64,000 nt of DNA from NCBI RefSeq assembly GCF_016213215.1, contig NZ_JACRAW010000135.1, positions 14,338 to 78,337 on the forward strand, read 5' to 3'. Below are positions 56,427 to 64,000 of this stretch, piece by piece. A program made the translations under genes and the position numbers. The DNA is from Bradyrhizobium sp. (GTDB taxonomy: Bacteria; Pseudomonadota; Alphaproteobacteria; Rhizobiales; Xanthobacteraceae). Every line of letters begins with the position of its first letter. The first letter of the stretch is position 1. The notes beneath the pieces were generated by a model. The model ran no database searches, was not told the DNA's origin, and saw nothing but the letters and a program-made list of their open reading frames with translations.

Positions 56427-58643
56427 ATGGCTTTCAAGAATTTCAAAGTCGAAACCGACGCCGACGGCATCGTGCTTGTTACCTGGGACATTCCCGGCCG
56501 GTCGATGAACGTCCTGGACGAGACCTCGACCAACGAACTCGAGGCGATCGTGAAACAGACCACGGCGGATGCTGCGGTGAAGGGCGTCGTCATCACCTCC
56601 AGCAAGGAAGCGTTCTGTGCCGGCGCCGACCTGTCGATGCTTGAGGGCATGAACCAGGCCTACGCCCAGGTATTCAAGGAAAAGGGCGAGATCGCCGCCA
56701 ACCAGATGCTGTTCGAGCAGAGCCGGCGTTTTTCGCTGGTGCTTCGTTCGATCGAGACCTCGGGCAAGCCGTGGGTGGCCGCGATCAACGGGCTGGCGCT
56801 CGGCGGCGGCTTCGAGATCACCCTGTGCTGCCACTACCGCGTCGCGGCCGAAAATCCCAAGACCCGGCTGGGTCTGCCCGAGGTCAAGGTCGGTCTGTTC
56901 CCCGGCGCCGGCGGCACCCAGCGCGTGCCGCGTCTCGTTCCGCCGCAGGACGCGATGCAGATCCTGCTCAAGGGCGATGCCCTGCCGCTGGACAGGGCCA
57001 AGGCGCTCAATCTCATTCACGCCATCGTCCCGAAAGACGACCTGATCAAGGCGGCGAAGGACTGGATCAAGAGCGGCGGCAAGCCGGTTGCGCCGTGGGA
57101 CGAGAAGAATTTCAAGCTGCCCGGCGGCCCGGTGTTCTCCAAAGCCGGCATGATGATGTTCCCGGCCGGCAACGCCATCTACCGCCGCGAGACCTACGAC
57201 AACTACCCGGCGGCGCGCGCCATCATGAGCTGCGTCTATGAGGGCCTGCAGCTGCCGATCGACGCCGCGCTGCGCGTGGAGTCGCGTTACTTCACCCAGG
57301 TGCTGCGTTCGAAGGAAGCGGCGGCGATGATCCGCAGCCTGTTCCTGTCGATGCAGGAACTGAACAAGGGCGCGCGGCGCCCGCCAAACGTGCCGCCGAC
57401 CAAGGTCAGGAAGCTCGCCGTGATCGGCGCCGGCTTCATGGGCGCCAGCGTCGGCTATGTCTCGGCCCGCGCCGGTCTCGATGTCGTGCTGATCGACCGC
57501 GACCAGGAAAGCGCCGACAAGGGCAAGGCGCACGCCCAGAAGGTGATCGAGGAGCAGATCGCCAAGGGCCGCGCCAAGCCCGCGGATCGCGACGCGCTGC
57601 TGTCGCGCATCACCGCGACCGCCGACTATGCCGTGCTGAAGGATTGCGACCTCGTCATCGAGGCCGTGTTCGAGGACCGCAAGGTCAAGGCGGAGACCTA
57701 CGCGAAGGCGCAAGCGCATCTCAAACCGGACGTGATCTTCGCCTCCAACACCTCGACCCTGCCGATCACCTCGCTCGCCGAGGGGTTCGGCGACCAGGGC
57801 AGGTTCATAGGCATCCATTTCTTCTCGCCGGTCGAGAAGATGATGCTGGTCGAGATCATCGTGGGCAAGAACAGCGGTGATGTCGCGCTGGCGACCGCGC
57901 TCGACTACGTGCGCACGATCGGCAAGACGCCGATCGTGGTCAATGACTCCCGCGGCTTCTTCGCCAATCGGTGCGTGGGGCGCTACGTTGCCGAAGGCAA
58001 CGAGATGTTCCTCGAAGGCGTGCCGCCGGCAATGATCGAGAACTGCGCCAAGATGGCCGGCATGCCGGTCGGGCCGCTGTCGCTGTCCGACGAGGTCGCG
58101 CTTGACCTCGGCCTGAAGATCATGAGGGCCACCGAGGCCGATCTCGGACCCAACGCCATCAACCAGGATCAAAAGAAGCTGATGATGGAGATGGTCGAAA
58201 AGCGCGACCGCCTCGGCCGGAAGAACCGCAAGGGCTTTTATGACTATCCGGAGAAGGGCAAGGGCCAGAAGAGCCTGTGGCCGGGGCTTTCCGAACTGCA
58301 GCCCAAGCACCTCGATCCCGATACGCTCGATGTCGAGGAACTCAAGCAGCGCTTCCTGGTGGTGCAGGCGGTGGAAGCCGCACGCACGGTGGAAGATCAC
58401 GTGATCACCGATCCGCGCGAGGCCGATGTCGGCTCGATTCTCGGCTTCGGCTTTGCGCCGTTCACCGGCGGCACGCTGTCCTACATCGACTTCATGGGCA
58501 CGAAGAAGTTCGTCGATCTGTGCCACAAGTTGGAGGCCAAGTACGGCTCGCGCTTCACGCCCCCGAAGCTCCTGGAGGAGATGGCGGCGAAGGGCGAGAC
58601 CTTCTACGGCCGCTTCGCGCCGAAGAAGTCCGCGGCGGCGTGA
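56427..58643 (+). CDS. Multifunctional enoyl-CoA hydratase / 3-hydroxyacyl-CoA dehydrogenase (FadB/FadJ-like)
   Basis: N-terminal crotonase 'FCAGADLS...[12 protein letters not shown]'. NAD-binding '[11 protein letters not shown]'. 738 aa. Confidence 0.9.
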   Translation: MAFKNFKVETDADGIVLVTWDIPGRSMNVLDETSTNELEAIVKQTTADAAVKGVVITSSKEAFCAGADLSMLEGMNQAYAQVFKEKGEIAANQMLFEQSRRFSLVLRSIETSGKPWVAAINGLALGGGFEITLCCHYRVAAENPKTRLGLPEVKVGLFPGAGGTQRVPRLVPPQDAMQILLKGDALPLDRAKALNLIHAIVPKDDLIKAAKDWIKSGGKPVAPWDEKNFKLPGGPVFSKAGMMMFPAGNAIYRRETYDNYPAARAIMSCVYEGLQLPIDAALRVESRYFTQVLRSKEAAAMIRSLFLSMQELNKGARRPPNVPPTKVRKLAVIGAGFMGASVGYVSARAGLDVVLIDRDQESADKGKAHAQKVIEEQIAKGRAKPADRDALLSRITATADYAVLKDCDLVIEAVFEDRKVKAETYAKAQAHLKPDVIFASNTSTLPITSLAEGFGDQGRFIGIHFFSPVEKMMLVEIIVGKNSGDVALATALDYVRTIGKTPIVVNDSRGFFANRCVGRYVAEGNEMFLEGVPPAMIENCAKMAGMPVGPLSLSDEVALDLGLKIMRATEADLGPNAINQDQKKLMMEMVEKRDRLGRKNRKGFYDYPEKGKGQKSLWPGLSELQPKHLDPDTLDVEELKQRFLVVQAVEAARTVEDHVITDPREADVGSILGFGFAPFTGGTLSYIDFMGTKKFVDLCHKLEAKYGSRFTPPKLLEEMAAKGETFYGRFAPKKSAAA

Positions 58644-58690
58644 AGTCTGCGCGCAAGTTGAGCGCCGGCGTTGCCGCTTGCTCGCTACTG

Positions 58691-58791
58691 CCCTCTCACC
58701 CCTTGCGGGGGAGAGCTGGAGAGGGAGGTAGCCCCGCAAGTTCGGTGCTTGGGGCTGCCCTTGCCTAACCCTCCTCCGCAAGTGGGGAGGG
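58691..58791. repeat. Two REP family C hairpins downstream of the fad genes
   Basis: CCCTCTCACCCCTTGCGGGGGAGAG..GAGGGAGG and CCCTCCTCCGCAAGTGGGGAGGG. Same family as the 38214, 38327 and 42095 copies. Confidence 0.6.
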
Positions 58792-59161
58792 AATATAGGA
58801 ATGCTGCACCTTCGCCCCCGCGGCCATGCGGGCAGCGCGTCTGGTCGAGGCATGGCGCCGTCAACGCGCGCAGCGGGATTTCGGAGGAGAGTTCCCTGGC
58901 CGAGCAAACCGGGCGCCCAGGTTGGTCCAGAGCAAGCTGACTTTCCAAGCTTGAGCTAGAAGAAGCGCGCGGACGAGATCACGCTTGGACAAGCACGTTG
59001 ACCTTTCTCGGCGCGATCGACGCCGATCTGCCGCATCATCGGGTTCGAGCCGAAATCGACTTGCCCGATTTCACATTGGAGTTTGTGATGCTGCTGACAA
59101 AGTCCCGAACTTTGTTGTACTAAGATCCCTTAGGGACGCGCTTCGGTTAGGGAGTGCTGAT

Positions 59162-59377
59162 ATGACGCCTGTTCATTCGTCGCCCGCAGAGTGGTTGTCG
59201 GTTTCGATTGCGCCTGACGAGGGAGAGCTCGAGATCTGTGTGATGGACTATAACGGGATGGTGCGTGCGCTCGAGTACCCCTGCTACAAGAGGGGAGACG
59301 AATGGGCCGATGCTTCAAACAAGAAGCTGTTCGCCGTTCAGCCGACGCATTGGCGCAAATGGATCGAGCGGCATTGA
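59162..59377 (+). CDS. Possible small orphan protein (71 aa) in a lower-GC patch
   Basis: ATG 59162 preceded by GGGAG. No family recognised with confidence. Weak call. Confidence 0.3.
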   Translation: MTPVHSSPAEWLSVSIAPDEGELEICVMDYNGMVRALEYPCYKRGDEWADASNKKLFAVQPTHWRKWIERH

Positions 59378-59529
59378 CCCGAAGGCAGGTCCAACGCGAT
59401 TGTGGCGTGATCAGTTGAGTTTGAGCCCGGACAAGCCGGTGTTGGTGGTCTGAGGGGTCGGACCAGATCCGAAGCGGCTACGGTCGTTCGCTGGAACTTG
59501 AAAGTCAAACGTATAAGGAACTTTAGATA

Positions 59530-59558
59530 GAAAGGCCGGACGATCCCGCCGGCCTTTC
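59530..59558 (-). terminator. Hairpin downstream of the GST gene
   Basis: GAAAGGCCGG-N9-CCGGCCTTTC, a 10-bp perfect stem 24 nt after the GST stop. Weak U-tract on the minus strand (UUUCUAUCU). Confidence 0.45.
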
Positions 59559-59581
59559 GCTTCGCACCGCTCGGCGGAAGC

Positions 59582-60196
59582 TCACGCCGCCTGGGCGAGA
59601 CCTTCCTTCTTCAGCGCCTCCTGCACCTTCGGTCGCGCGGCGACGCGCGCCTTGTAGGCGAGCAGGTTCGGCATCGCGGAGAGGTCGAACTTCATCCGTT
59701 CGGCCCACGTCAGGATCGTGAACAGGTAGCCGTCGGCGACGGTGAACTGCTTGCCCATCAGATAGTCGCGGCCGGCAAGCTGGCTGTCGATATATTTGAG
59801 CTTGGCCATGACCCGGTCCTTGAAGAACGCCTTGGCGTCGTCCGACAGCACGGGCGAGAACATCGGTCCGAAGTTCTTGTGCAGCTCCGAGGTGATGAAG
59901 TTGAGCCACTCCAGAAGCTTGTAGCGTTCGGCGCTGTCGCGGGCCGGGGCGAGATTCTTGTCCGCCGCCTTGTCGGCGATCATCTGGACAATGACGGGCC
60001 CTTCGGTAACCATCTCGCCGCTGTCGAGACGGAGCGCGGGTACCTGCCCCTTGGGGTTGATTTGGAGGTAGTCATCGCCGTTCTCCAGCTTCTTGGCGCG
60101 AAGGTCGACCTTGACGAGCTCGTAGGGCAGGCCCGCTTCGAGCAGCGCGATATGGGGGGAAAGCGAGCAGGCGCCGGGCGAGTAATAAAGCTTCAT
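59582..60196 (-). CDS. Glutathione S-transferase (beta-class, GstA-like)
   Basis: 'MKLYYSPGACSLSPHIALLEAGLPYELVKVDL...INPKGQVPAL' is a typical bacterial GST. Confidence 0.9.
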   Translation of the reverse strand: MKLYYSPGACSLSPHIALLEAGLPYELVKVDLRAKKLENGDDYLQINPKGQVPALRLDSGEMVTEGPVIVQMIADKAADKNLAPARDSAERYKLLEWLNFITSELHKNFGPMFSPVLSDDAKAFFKDRVMAKLKYIDSQLAGRDYLMGKQFTVADGYLFTILTWAERMKFDLSAMPNLLAYKARVAARPKVQEALKKEGLAQAA

Positions 60197-60243
60197 GGAA
60201 TTTCCTCCTGGAAAACGATGAAAAGCGGCGAATGAATGACTAA

Positions 60244-60284
60244 ATGCATCTGCATGAAATAGTCAAGATTGATGCAGCTGCATC
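60244..60284. promoter_or_regulatory. Candidate MarR operator pair in the GST/marR divergent region
   Basis: GATGCAGCTGCATC (60271-60284) is a perfect 14-bp palindrome. The related ATGCATCTGCAT lies at 60244-60255, about 28 bp centre to centre. Confidence 0.35.
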
Positions 60285-60320
60285 GAGTGCGGTAGACTGA
60301 ACCACAACGTGAGCCGGACC

Positions 60321-60809
60321 ATGAAACGCAAACCATCGACCGAGGCAACCGCCGCCTGGATCCGCCTGATGCGGGTTCAGAGCCGGGTGCTGGATGCGGT
60401 CGAGCAGGACCTGAAGAGGGCTGGCTTCCCGCCGCTTGCCTGGTATGACGCGCTGCTCGAACTGTCGCGCGCCCCATCGGGCGAATTGCGCCCGGTGGAG
60501 CTGGAACGGCAGATGCTGATCCCGCAATATTCGACGTCGCGGCTGATCGACCGTCTCGTGGAGGAGGGGCTGGCCGTGCGCAGGGAATGCAAGATCGACA
60601 AGCGCGGCCAGTTCGTCGAGATCACCGAGGCCGGCCGCGATCTGCAGAAGCGGATGTGGAGCGCCTATTCCGCCGCGATCGAAAAGTACGTCGGCTCGAA
60701 GCTGTCCGATGGGGACGCCGTCAAGCTGTGCGGCCTGCTCGACCGGCTCGGGTGCTCCTGCGGCGATGCACGCTCACCGGCTTTGAGCGAAAGCGCGCCG
60801 GCGCGATGA
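60321..60809 (+). CDS. MarR family transcriptional regulator
   Basis: Winged-helix 'MLIPQYSTSRLIDRLVEEGLAVRRECKIDKRGQFVEITEAGR'. ATG 60321; GTG 60309 is the alternative. Confidence 0.85.
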   Translation: MKRKPSTEATAAWIRLMRVQSRVLDAVEQDLKRAGFPPLAWYDALLELSRAPSGELRPVELERQMLIPQYSTSRLIDRLVEEGLAVRRECKIDKRGQFVEITEAGRDLQKRMWSAYSAAIEKYVGSKLSDGDAVKLCGLLDRLGCSCGDARSPALSESAPAR

Positions 60810-60905
60810 CAGCGTTTCCACCACTCACGTCCGCGCGCCGAGCGGTTCGCGGACATCATCGTCACCGCGCGCGTTCGGTCGTAGCGCTTTGGATTCGGGA
60901 CTAGC

Positions 60906-62276
60906 ATGGCGCGAGACCAGATCGACATGACGCCTTTGCAATCGCGCGACGAACTCGTCGCGTGGTTCGAGGCGGGTAGCAAGCCGCCGTCCGAATTCCG
61001 CATCGGTACAGAGCACGAAAAGACCCCGTTCACCCTGCAGGGGCATCAGCCCGTCCCGTACGAGGGCGCCCGCGGCATCGGCGCGCTGCTGGAGGGCATG
61101 CAGCTCCTTCTCGGCTGGGAGCCGATCATGGAGCGCGGCAACATCATCGGCCTTTACGACGTGACCGGCGGCGGGGCGATCTCGCTGGAGCCTGGCGGGC
61201 AGTTCGAACTGTCCGGCGCGCCGGTGGAGAACGTGCACCAGACCCAGAGCGAACTGATGGCGCACATCGCACAGGTGCGCGAGGTCGCAACGCCCCTGGG
61301 GATCGGCTTTCTCGGTCTCGGCATGACTCCGTCATGGTCGCGGGCGCAGATCCCGGTGATGCCGAAGGGCCGCTACAAGATCATGACCGCCTACATGCCG
61401 AAGGTCGGCAAGTACGGCATCGACATGATGTACCGGACCTGCACCGTGCAGACCAATCTCGACTTCTCTTCCGAAGCCGACATGGTCAAGAAGCTCAGGG
61501 TGTCGCTCGCGCTGCAGCCGATCGCGACCGCTTTGTTCGCCAATTCGCCGTTCACCGAAGGCAAGCCGAACGGCCTCCTGTCGTTCCGCTCGGAGATCTG
61601 GCGCGACACCGACAACGCGCGCGCCGGCATGCTGCCGTGGGCGTTCGAGGACGGCATGGGATTCGAGCGCTGGGTCGACTACGCGCTCGACGTGCCGATG
61701 TACTTCATCAAGCGCGGCGATGATTACATCGATGTCGCGGGCTCCTCCTTCCGCGATCTGTTTGAGGGCAGGCACCCCGCGCTGCCGGGCGAACGTCCGA
61801 CCCTGTCGGACTGGGCCAACCATCTTTCGACCATCTTTCCCGAGGTGCGGCTGAAGCGCTATCTGGAGATGCGCGGCGCGGACGGCGCTCCGTGGGGCCG
61901 GTTGCCGGCGCTCCCGGCGTTGTGGGTCGGGCTCTTGTATGACGATACGAGCCTCGATGCCGCCTGGGACCTCGTCAAGAACTGGACGGCGGTTGAGCGG
62001 CAGTCGCTCCGCGACGATGTGCCGCGCCTGGGCTTCAAGGCGAAAATTCGCGACCGCTACGTGTTTGAGATTGCCAAGGAATGCCTGATTCTGGCGCATG
62101 CCGGCCTGCGTCGTCGTGGACGCATCGATCATTTCGGGCGCGACGAAACCCACTATCTGGAGCCGCTGGACCGCATCATCGATTCCGGCCGCACGCCGGC
62201 GGAGGAGCTGCTGGAGAAGTATGGCGGCCCCTGGCATGGGTCCGTGGAGCCGGCCTACGACGAATATGCGTTCTAG
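60906..62276 (+). CDS. gshA: Glutamate--cysteine ligase, GCS2 (plant/alphaproteobacterial) type
   Basis: 456 aa. 'RIGTEHEK', 'ISLEPGGQFELSG', 'MYRTCTVQTNLD', 'LKRYLEMRGAD' are typical of this GshA family. Confidence 0.9.
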   Translation: MARDQIDMTPLQSRDELVAWFEAGSKPPSEFRIGTEHEKTPFTLQGHQPVPYEGARGIGALLEGMQLLLGWEPIMERGNIIGLYDVTGGGAISLEPGGQFELSGAPVENVHQTQSELMAHIAQVREVATPLGIGFLGLGMTPSWSRAQIPVMPKGRYKIMTAYMPKVGKYGIDMMYRTCTVQTNLDFSSEADMVKKLRVSLALQPIATALFANSPFTEGKPNGLLSFRSEIWRDTDNARAGMLPWAFEDGMGFERWVDYALDVPMYFIKRGDDYIDVAGSSFRDLFEGRHPALPGERPTLSDWANHLSTIFPEVRLKRYLEMRGADGAPWGRLPALPALWVGLLYDDTSLDAAWDLVKNWTAVERQSLRDDVPRLGFKAKIRDRYVFEIAKECLILAHAGLRRRGRIDHFGRDETHYLEPLDRIIDSGRTPAEELLEKYGGPWHGSVEPAYDEYAF

Positions 62277-62580
62277 AGATTGATCCGGAAAACCCGGTAC
62301 CGGTTTTCCGGAAAGGTCATGCTCAACCAAAATCGGCGTGATCCGGACGCGCCACGCCAGCGCAGATTTGGCGGGTCTTGCAAACGACAAGCGCGAAGCG
62401 TTCGCGTGGAATTCGTTCTCGATGAGAACCGTAAAGCGCGCCGGCGGTTCAATTCGGTAGCCCAAAAGCATCCCTCTGTCGAAAGGACCTGGGCCGTTCA
62501 TCAGCCGTACAGGTTTGCGGCTTTCAAATGGCCGATCGCAAAAAATCTCAACGCATTCAATAACTGGAAAGCTGATTGGA

Positions 62581-63135
62581 ATGGAAAGAGGCCGCCTGTT
62601 CGGGGCCTGTTTGGTATCGCTCGCCGTGCTGGCGTTCGTTCTTTCGATCCAGCCGGCTCTCGCCCAGACCGCGTTTGATCGTCCGGGCGGCGATTATCTG
62701 AGCACGCCGCTCGCCTCCGGCGATCCGGAAGATTGCGCTCTTTTGTGCGAGCGCGACCGGCGCTGCCGGTCGTGGAGCTTCAACTATCCCGATGTCGCGG
62801 GTGGCACGGCGCTGTGCTGGCTGAAGAACACCGTGCCGCCGCGGGTGCCGGAGAGCTGCTGCATATCCGGCGTACGCGGCGCCGGCGTGCTCGAGCCGCA
62901 GGTCGCAGGCGTTGAGAATTCGATCGATCGCCCCGGCGGCGACTACCGCAATTTCGAGCTGAAGAACGGCGACGCCGACGAGGCCTGCAAGGCGGCCTGC
63001 ACCGCCGACAACAAATGCCGCGCCTTCACCTATGCAAGGGCAGGCTATGCCGGCCGGGAAGCGCGTTGCTTCCTCAAGAAGGAAATCAAGCCGCCGCGGC
63101 GCAAGGCCGGATTCACCTCCGGCGTGGTGAGGTGA
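62581..63135 (+). CDS. Secreted protein with two PAN/Apple-like Cys-rich domains
   Basis: Start at ATG 62581 gives signal peptide 'MERGRLFGACLVSLAVLAFVLSIQPALA'. Two repeats of 'DRPGGDY...C...C....C..(W/F)(S/T)(F/Y)...CWLK/CFLK'. Confidence 0.6.
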   Translation: MERGRLFGACLVSLAVLAFVLSIQPALAQTAFDRPGGDYLSTPLASGDPEDCALLCERDRRCRSWSFNYPDVAGGTALCWLKNTVPPRVPESCCISGVRGAGVLEPQVAGVENSIDRPGGDYRNFELKNGDADEACKAACTADNKCRAFTYARAGYAGREARCFLKKEIKPPRRKAGFTSGVVR

Positions 63136-63174
63136 CGAATCACGTCACGCCGTCCATTGTCGCGCGCGAAAACC

Positions 63175-63252
63175 GTCATTGCGAGCGAAGCGAAGCAATC
63201 CAGGATATGTATTCGCGGTGATCGCTTCGTCGCTTGCGCTCCTCGCGATGAC
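63175..63252. repeat. REP family A inverted pair (GTCATTGCGAGCGAAGCGAAGCAATCC...GATCGCTTCGTCGCTTGCGCTCCTCGCGATGAC)
   Basis: Two inverted units able to form a long hairpin, between the convergent PAN-domain gene and lepB. Confidence 0.75.
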
Positions 63253-63330
63253 GACACGGAATGTTGTCCGCTGGCAGCACCGTGATCTCCGGCCGCAGCG
63301 CCTTCCGGCGCGCAGATCATGCTCGATCAA

Positions 63331-64000
63331 CTAGCGGATGGCGGTGAAGAAGCGCGCGAGACGGAAGCCGGAGGGCCAGGTCCACAGCGGCTGGTGGCGC
63401 ATGGCGAGATCCCAGGAGCCGAGCACGGCATCGGCGCGTCCGACCAGGTTGTCGATCGGCAGCAGCCCGACGCCGCCGGCCCGCACGGGCACGCGGCTGT
63501 CGGCGGAGTTGTCGCGGTTGTCGCCGAGCACGAACAGCATGCCGGGCGGCACGGTCACCTCCGGCGTGTTGTCGAGCGGTCCGTTGTCGCGCATCTTGAA
63601 GATCAGGTGCGAGACGCCATTGGGCAGGGTTTCGACATAGCGATGGGCCGGCTGGCTGCCGCCATTGTCGTCTTCGGCTTCGCCGAGTCCGTCCGGCTTC
63701 AATCCAGCCGCGCGGTCATTGATGAAGAGCTGGCCCTGGCGCATCTGGATGCGGTCGCCGGGCAGCCCGACCACGCGCTTGACCCAGGCCTGCGACCGGT
63801 CGCCGGTCCAGCGGAAGACGACGACGTCGCCGAGCTTCGGCGTCTCACCCAACACGCGACCGGTTTCCGGCAGGTTGATCTGGATCGGCAGCGAGGAGGT
63901 GCCGTAGCCGTAAGGGAATTTCGAGGCGAGCAGGGCGTCGCCGATCATCAGCGTCGGCTCCATCGAGCCGGAGGGTACGTAGAACGGCTCGGCGAGCGCT
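63331..64000 (-). CDS. lepB: Signal peptidase I (N-terminus outside the window)
   Basis: The frame stays open to the window edge ('...AEPFYVPSGSMEPTLMIGD' contains the catalytic Ser box). 'GDVVVF', 'KRVVGLPGD', 'FVLGDNRDNSADSR' boxes. Confidence 0.9.
   Translation of the reverse strand, partial: ALAEPFYVPSGSMEPTLMIGDALLASKFPYGYGTSSLPIQINLPETGRVLGETPKLGDVVVFRWTGDRSQAWVKRVVGLPGDRIQMRQGQLFINDRAAGLKPDGLGEAEDDNGGSQPAHRYVETLPNGVSHLIFKMRDNGPLDNTPEVTVPPGMLFVLGDNRDNSADSRVPVRAGGVGLLPIDNLVGRADAVLGSWDLAMRHQPLWTWPSGFRLARFFTAIR

Noticed and set aside
56367-58907. 846-aa minus-strand ORF opposite the FadB-like gene
   Set aside because: Same reasoning. The opposite frame carries unambiguous crotonase and NAD-binding motifs. 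The minus-strand product is repetitive Arg/Leu/Gly-rich and runs through REP elements.
62280-62678. 132-aa plus-strand ORF after gshA
   Set aside because: It starts inside the gshA terminator-like hairpin, its product is Arg-rich with no RBS, and it overlaps the better-supported PAN-domain gene start region.

Overview
High-GC alphaproteobacterial chromosomal segment, roughly 62-65% GC where I hand-counted. Gene content and small-repeat families look like Bradyrhizobium/Nitrobacteraceae: GcrA, a PodJ-like protein, class I LysRS, long-form Dcd, GCS2-type GshA, and abundant REP-like hairpin repeats. It reads as a core-genome region. I saw no transposase, integrase, prophage, CRISPR array or recognisable defence island.

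Gene order:
- phoR (5' truncated by the window edge), pstSCAB, phoU, phoB
- gcrA
- argD-argF, hslO, apaG
- an opgC-like acyltransferase with two tandem SGNH hydrolases
- metZ, with a structured leader
- dcd, an orphan 350-aa protein, a MATE exporter
- a Met/Gly-rich secreted protein, an SRPBCC protein, a VOC protein, an AraC regulator and ogt
- tRNA-Gly(CCC), a membrane protein, a TPP-dependent 2-keto-acid decarboxylase, a DUF1003 protein
- SCO1, an amino-acid-binding protein, lysK, a class II aldolase
- an S24 (LexA-like) repressor, a DUF952 protein, pyrD, a MATE exporter, an MBL hydrolase
- the four-gene ligase-associated DNA-damage-response set: exonuclease + ATP-dependent ligase diverging from DEXH helicase + PdeM, with two unrelated genes in between
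- a TIGR02186-like protein and TauE
- a ClpP-fold-like envelope protein and a PodJ-like polarity factor
- PadR and an NTF2-like protein
- a beta-oxidation trio (ACAD, thiolase, multifunctional hydroxyacyl-CoA dehydrogenase)
- GST, MarR, gshA, a PAN/Apple-domain protein, lepB (truncated by the window edge)

I did not find a clear-cut undescribed multi-gene system. The loci most worth a second look:
- REP-hairpin DNA translated in frame inside the DNA ligase gene
- the split ligase-associated damage-response cluster
- a secreted protein with about 20% Met and 26% Gly
- a split acyltransferase/SGNH module with one apparently degenerate paralog
- a riboswitch-like attenuator leader on metZ
- an orphan promoter-plus-terminator unit between gcrA and argD
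- a compositionally distinct pstSCAB cassette

Many long ORFs in the six-frame track are antisense shadow ORFs typical of high-GC DNA, and I rejected them.
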